From a candidate division WOR-3 bacterium (GTDB lineage: Bacteria > Hydrothermota > Hydrothermia > JBDRYB01), in assembly GCA_039803205.1 (NCBI GenBank), contig JBDRYB010000001.1, positions 1 through 64,000 on the forward strand: a stretch of DNA of 64,000 nucleotides, written 5' to 3'. The notes below the pieces were generated by a model, which saw only the letters and a list, made by a program, of their open reading frames with translations, had not been told where the DNA came from and searched no databases. Position numbers and translations under genes: made by a program. Below, in pieces: positions 59,548-64,000 of this stretch (within the stretch, counting starts at the first letter, position 1; every line of letters begins with the position of its first letter).

Positions 59548-61152
59548 ATGATAGGGATGATAGGAATCTTTATCGGTGCAACCACGGTCAACTGGCCCTG
59601 CTGGGGCGGAGACCCGGAGCGCCAGGGATTGCAGACCACTCCAGGAGCGTTCATAAGCGCTCCTTCAACAAAGTGGAAAGTCCAGACCTACCAACTCGTC
59701 AGGTGGGAATTCTCAGCGATAGCCGATGTTGACGGCGACGGCCAGATGGAGGTCCTCGTAGGATGCTACAACGGATACCCCGGCTTCTTTTGCATCAATG
59801 GCTCCACGGGCACAGTTGAGTGGTCGGTTAACACATACCTAAGCGGAGTGCTTGCGGGTCCGGCCGTAGCTGATGTGGACAACGATGGCCAGAATGAGGT
59901 GATCTTCGCTAGCAGTGGTTCTGGTGCGGGAGACGATACGGTCTATTGTTACAGCGGAATGGGCTCTCGGAAGTGGGCCTTTTGTAATCCTTCTTCTGGG
60001 AGATACTGGTCCTCGCCGGCCATCGTTGATCTAGATGGAGACGGCAATATGGAGGTGTTAATAGGCAATTCTGACGGGGGGACAGACACTCTGAGCAGAA
60101 GAAGCCTCTATTGCCTGAATGGCTCTAATGGCACCCAGAAGTGGTCATACATTTCAGGCAACTCGGTGGACTGTGCATCCCCATCTGCGGCTGATGTTGA
60201 TGGCGATGGCAAGCTAGAAGTGCTCTTCGTGAACTGGGCTAATAGGCTCTTCTGCATCAGCGATACCGTGGTGGCCGGCAACGACACATGCAGGGTGGAG
60301 TGGACATACCCATTCGGTGCTAGCGGTGGGATACAGTGCACCCCGGTTCTTCTCGATCTTGATGGCGACGGTAAGATGGAGATAGTTACTGCCAACGCGA
60401 ATTTTAACTCTAATAACCTCTACTGCTTGAACACAGCCACCATCTCAGGCAACGATACAGCGGTTGTCAAGTGGACCTTCTCTGCTGGAAGATATATATA
60501 CTCCTCTCTATCCGCCGCAGACGCTGACGGAAATGGTATCATAGATGTTTTCGTTGGTAGTTGGGACTCCCTATTATACTGCCTGGACGGAGCAACTGGC
60601 GCCAAGAAGTGGCAATTCGGAAAGGTGCCGGAGATACTCTATACACCTATATCAGTGATGGACGCGGACGGCGCTCATCCCAGCGGCGACCCTGGGCTTG
60701 AGGTTCTTCTTACAGCCAAGGACACCCTATACTGTGTGAACGCGGAGGATGGCTCTCTGCTTTGGAAAGCGAGGGTGGCGCCCCGTGTCAACACACCGTT
60801 CTCAGGGGACATAGACGGAGATGGGGCTTCTGAGATAATAGTCGGTGCAGACAGCGCGTTGTACGCGCTTGATACAGCAAGTCCGGTTTACGAGGGCATA
60901 GGTGACAATAACAACAACGGAGACCTCGTCCTGTTCCGGTTCACAAACAACCGCTTTTATCTTTATCTGCCAGAAGAGGATGGGATCTCAATCGCTCTTT
61001 ACGACGCTGGAGGGCGATTCGTTAAAAGTATCTTTGAAGGCCATCTGAGCTCTGGTAGCCACAACTTTGAGCTGAGTTCGGAGGCCAAGGGGGTCTACAT
61101 CGCTGTTCTCAGGCACAACGAGGGCATAAAGACCCTGAAGATAGCGAGGTAA
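59548..61152 (+). CDS. Secreted FG-GAP/PQQ-like beta-propeller protein with T9SS-like CTD
   Basis: Repeats SPA.AD.DGDG..E....LYCL.G..G..KW; LYDAGGR...GVY; SD GGAGGTG. Confidence 0.85.
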   Translation: MIGMIGIFIGATTVNWPCWGGDPERQGLQTTPGAFISAPSTKWKVQTYQLVRWEFSAIADVDGDGQMEVLVGCYNGYPGFFCINGSTGTVEWSVNTYLSGVLAGPAVADVDNDGQNEVIFASSGSGAGDDTVYCYSGMGSRKWAFCNPSSGRYWSSPAIVDLDGDGNMEVLIGNSDGGTDTLSRRSLYCLNGSNGTQKWSYISGNSVDCASPSAADVDGDGKLEVLFVNWANRLFCISDTVVAGNDTCRVEWTYPFGASGGIQCTPVLLDLDGDGKMEIVTANANFNSNNLYCLNTATISGNDTAVVKWTFSAGRYIYSSLSAADADGNGIIDVFVGSWDSLLYCLDGATGAKKWQFGKVPEILYTPISVMDADGAHPSGDPGLEVLLTAKDTLYCVNAEDGSLLWKARVAPRVNTPFSGDIDGDGASEIIVGADSALYALDTASPVYEGIGDNNNNGDLVLFRFTNNRFYLYLPEEDGISIALYDAGGRFVKSIFEGHLSSGSHNFELSSEAKGVYIAVLRHNEGIKTLKIAR

Positions 61153-61158
61153 AAACAT

Positions 61159-61214
61159 GACCGGCCGCGGAAACTTCGCACCCCCGGCACCTCCCGGATG
61201 GACCGCGGCCGGTC
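61159..61214 (+). other. Intergenic hairpin related to the two terminator hairpins
   Basis: GACCGGCCGCGG / CCGCGGCCGGTC 12-bp stem; loop contains GCACCTCCCG (61187-61196). Confidence 0.75.
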
Positions 61215-61241
61215 CGGTTTTGTGAAAACAAGGAGATTACA

Positions 61242-62750
61242 ATGTCTGACATGTATATCATAGGAATGCTGGCCTCCCAAATCCTTGGGACCTGGCCTAT
61301 GTGGGGCTATAACCCAGCACACTGGGCTGTCCAACCGGTGCCTGGCACTCATACAACTGCTCCGGTTATGAAGTGGAGTATCTCAACTGGTGATCAGGTT
61401 CAGTGGCTCTTTTCTGCCACAGGTGATGTTGATCGTGATGGCAGAAATGAGGTTCTGGCTGGCTCTTTTTCTGGAACTTTTTACTGCTTGGACGGAACCA
61501 CCGGGGCAACCAAATGGAGCTTTAACGTCGAATCCGAATCACCGATAGAAACCTGCCCGGCTCTTGCGGACATGGCTGGAAATGGTTCAGTAGAGGTAGT
61601 CTTCGCCACTTGGGGCGGAGAAGTCTATTGCCTTGATGGGACGGACGGGAGCGTAAAATGGCAATACGTAACCACCTACTACGATCAATACCACCACGGC
61701 CCGGTTGTCGTTGATTGCGATGCTGATGGTGATCTGGATGTTGTTATCGGAAACATATATGGAAGTCTATACTGCTTCGATGGTGAGACGGGAACGCTGA
61801 TCTGGAACGCTAACATGAGCTCCACAGAAAACTCTTCTCCTGCCGCCGGTGATATAGATGGAGATGGCAAGATAGAGATAGTTATAGGAGGCTCATCGGG
61901 GACCTATTCTTTGAACGGTTCAAACGGAGCCTTGGAGTGGTTGGCTTCAACGGGTATCTGTGCTAATTCATCTCCAGGAATAGCTGACTGCGATGGAGAT
62001 GGTCTCGCTGAGGTGATTATAGGTTCTGAGGATTATAATATCTACTGTCTTGATGGTCAAACCGGAGCCGAGAAGTGGCGTTATTCTACCGGAAACAGGG
62101 TTTGGTCTTCTCCTGTGATCCTTGATGCTGACGGAGACGGGCTTCTTGAGATAATAATAGGGAGCTTTGACGGCTACGCTTACTGTCTGAGCGGGGAATC
62201 CGGAACCCTCCAGTGGAGAACGCAGGTCGGCGACATCCGCGTGGGCATCCCTGCTGGGGATGTGGACGGCGATAACAGATATGAGGTGATCATAGGGAAT
62301 ACTAGTGGATACACATGCCTCAACGGTGAGGACGGCTCTGTTCTTTGGAGATCAGCACCATCTAGCGGCGGTAGGTCCGTTTACCTCGCGGATGTTGACA
62401 TGGACGGGTGTGTTGAAATTGTGGGTGGGTCAACCGGTTATGATATATATGTGCTTGATGATCCCGGAAACTCGTCGGGTTGTATGAGTATGGGAAAGGA
62501 TGAAGAGGGGTATGGCCCAGATTCTCCTGAATTCAAGCCCATGGGTAAAAGTTTATATCTTTTTCTCCCCGAGGATGAGCAGGTTTCTCTGAGCCTATAC
62601 GATGCCTCAGGTAAGCTCGTTCAAAAGGTATATGATGGGGTCCTGAGGCAGGGAAGTCACACCTTCAGCCCCAACATAAACGCTAAAGGTATCTACTTCG
62701 CGGTTATGAGGTATCAGAAAGGGATGAAAACCCTGAAGATTGTGCGATAA
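61242..62750 (+). CDS. Secreted FG-GAP/PQQ-like beta-propeller protein with T9SS-like CTD (tandem paralog)
   Basis: Same repeats; CTD LYDASGKLV...GIYFAV...KTLKIVR; SD AGGAG. Confidence 0.85.
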   Translation: MSDMYIIGMLASQILGTWPMWGYNPAHWAVQPVPGTHTTAPVMKWSISTGDQVQWLFSATGDVDRDGRNEVLAGSFSGTFYCLDGTTGATKWSFNVESESPIETCPALADMAGNGSVEVVFATWGGEVYCLDGTDGSVKWQYVTTYYDQYHHGPVVVDCDADGDLDVVIGNIYGSLYCFDGETGTLIWNANMSSTENSSPAAGDIDGDGKIEIVIGGSSGTYSLNGSNGALEWLASTGICANSSPGIADCDGDGLAEVIIGSEDYNIYCLDGQTGAEKWRYSTGNRVWSSPVILDADGDGLLEIIIGSFDGYAYCLSGESGTLQWRTQVGDIRVGIPAGDVDGDNRYEVIIGNTSGYTCLNGEDGSVLWRSAPSSGGRSVYLADVDMDGCVEIVGGSTGYDIYVLDDPGNSSGCMSMGKDEEGYGPDSPEFKPMGKSLYLFLPEDEQVSLSLYDASGKLVQKVYDGVLRQGSHTFSPNINAKGIYFAVMRYQKGMKTLKIVR

Positions 62751-62761
62751 TTCGCCAAATT

Positions 62762-62814
62762 AAAAAGCCCCGGCCGGTAAAATCATCGCACCTCCCGTTC
62801 CGGCCGGGGTTTTT
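62762..62814. terminator. Large-loop bidirectional terminator-like hairpin, copy 2
   Basis: AAAAAGCCCCGGCCGG...CCGGCCGGGGTTTTT; 42/44 identical to 55896-55939. Confidence 0.78.
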
Positions 62815-63769
62815 ACACCTCCTCAGCCCAGGCCTCCCAGCACCAACTGTTCTCCGCGAACCAGGAAACGGTCTCCGAGAGCGCCTGATCAAAACTGAGC
62901 AAGGGCTCCCAGCCGAGCGCCTTTATCTTCCCCGAATCCATAAAATACCGGACATCGTGCCCAGGCCTATCCTCTACATGCTGAATGAGAGCATGGCTTT
63001 TCCCTAGGAGATCAAGTATCCTCTCCGCAACCGAGATGTTTTCTTCCTCGTGACCAGAGCCTATGTTGTAGACCTCGCCAGGGGATCCCTTCTCAAGAAC
63101 AAGTAAAATAGCCCTCGCTATATCATCTGCCCAGAGCCACTCCCTCCGCTGTTTCCCCGTGCCGTAGACCGGCAGGGGTTTGTCCAGGATGGCCCTCAAG
63201 GTCATCCTCGGGATGAACTTCTCCGGATGCTGGAAGGGACCAAGGCCGTTGCACGGCCGGACGACTATTGCCTCGATGCCGTAAGTTTTCTGGTATGCCC
63301 TGACGAACGCCTCAGCCCCGACCTTGCTCGCTGAGTATGGCGAGGAGGGCAAAAGGGGCCAGTCCTCCCTTGCCGAGCCTTTCTCAACCGGGCCATAGAC
63401 CTCATCCGTTGAGATGTGAAGGAAAAGCCCCTTCTTTTCCCACGCGAGCCTTGCGGCCTCCAAGAGGGTCTGGGTTCCTAGGACATTCGTCCTTATAAAG
63501 CCTCCGGGCCTCGCTATTGACTTATCAACATGGGTCTCAGCGGCAAAGTGCACGATAGCATCGTGATCAACGAGGAGGCCAACGGCAAGGTTTTGGTCCA
63601 GGATGTCGCCGTGGACGAAGTGAAAATGGACACCCTTGAGCCTCCTCATATCCCCAGCGTATGTGAGCTTGTCCAAGACGGTTATCTCCCAACCAGGTCG
63701 CTCGCGCGCGGCAAGTCGCACGAAAGCTGAACCGAGAAAACCAGCGCCGCCAGTGACTATAACGCGCAC
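62813..63769 (-). CDS. rfbB: dTDP-glucose 4,6-dehydratase
   Basis: VTGGAGFLG, DKLTYAG, HFAAETHVD, STDEVYG, YSASK, DRPGHD.RY. Confidence 0.95.
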   Translation of the reverse strand: MRVIVTGGAGFLGSAFVRLAARERPGWEITVLDKLTYAGDMRRLKGVHFHFVHGDILDQNLAVGLLVDHDAIVHFAAETHVDKSIARPGGFIRTNVLGTQTLLEAARLAWEKKGLFLHISTDEVYGPVEKGSAREDWPLLPSSPYSASKVGAEAFVRAYQKTYGIEAIVVRPCNGLGPFQHPEKFIPRMTLRAILDKPLPVYGTGKQRREWLWADDIARAILLVLEKGSPGEVYNIGSGHEEENISVAERILDLLGKSHALIQHVEDRPGHDVRYFMDSGKIKALGWEPLLSFDQALSETVSWFAENSWCWEAWAEEV

Positions 63770-63814
63770 CCTGATATTATAATGTCTTCCGGATTATCAG
63801 TGCTGGTTTTGGAG

Positions 63815-64000
63815 CTATCTTTTTCTAGGGGGTAGCCTCCTTGAGGCTCGGAGCTGGTTCTTTATGATCCGGCCTACCAGGAGTCCAACCCCAACCGGAA
63901 AACCCCTCCACCGGATTATCACTTGGCCATCCGGCCAGGGGAAATCCCCCTCTATGTTCTGGCCGTAAAGAAAGCCCTTGGCCTCGTTCTCCTCCAGATC
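63815..64000 (-). CDS. 3' end of a gene with RsmF-type C-terminal PUA-like domain (partial)
   Basis: Hand translation DLEENEAKGFLYGQNI...GQVIIRWRGFPVGVG...IKNQLRASRRL. Confidence 0.65.
   Translation of the reverse strand, partial: DLEENEAKGFLYGQNIEGDFPWPDGQVIIRWRGFPVGVGLLVGRIIKNQLRASRRLPPRKR

Overview
Gene-dense, moderately GC-rich bacterial chromosomal window. An FCB-superphylum lineage such as WOR-3 is inferred only from PorV-like barrels and T9SS-style C-terminal sorting domains (CTDs). Housekeeping genes: guaB, corA, kdsA, a free-standing rpmJ-rpsM-rpsK-rpsD-rpoA-rplQ operon, purN, tsaE, purC/purS, asd, rfbB, tmRNA and tRNA-Leu(TAG). Accessory content: two type II restriction-modification pairs, five radical SAM genes, a TonB/ExbBD + TPR + PorV-like + OmpA envelope cluster, and several CTD-bearing secreted proteins. 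Most notable are items absent from the ORF track: (1) a 45-aa CxxxC-repeat peptide gene enclosed by a 16-bp inverted repeat; (2) a 54-aa YxxP-leader peptide just downstream of tmRNA, convergent with a radical SAM enzyme carrying a C-terminal PqqD/RRE-like domain; (3) a duplicated module of a TPR-wHTH regulator divergent from secreted beta-propeller genes, each with its own 11-bp-period direct repeat beside a TATAAT box, a 97% identical 209-bp regulator 3' end, and 3' hairpins with a conserved GCACCTCCCG loop; (4) pervasive leaderless-type promoters. All family assignments come from motif recognition by eye; no database searches were run.
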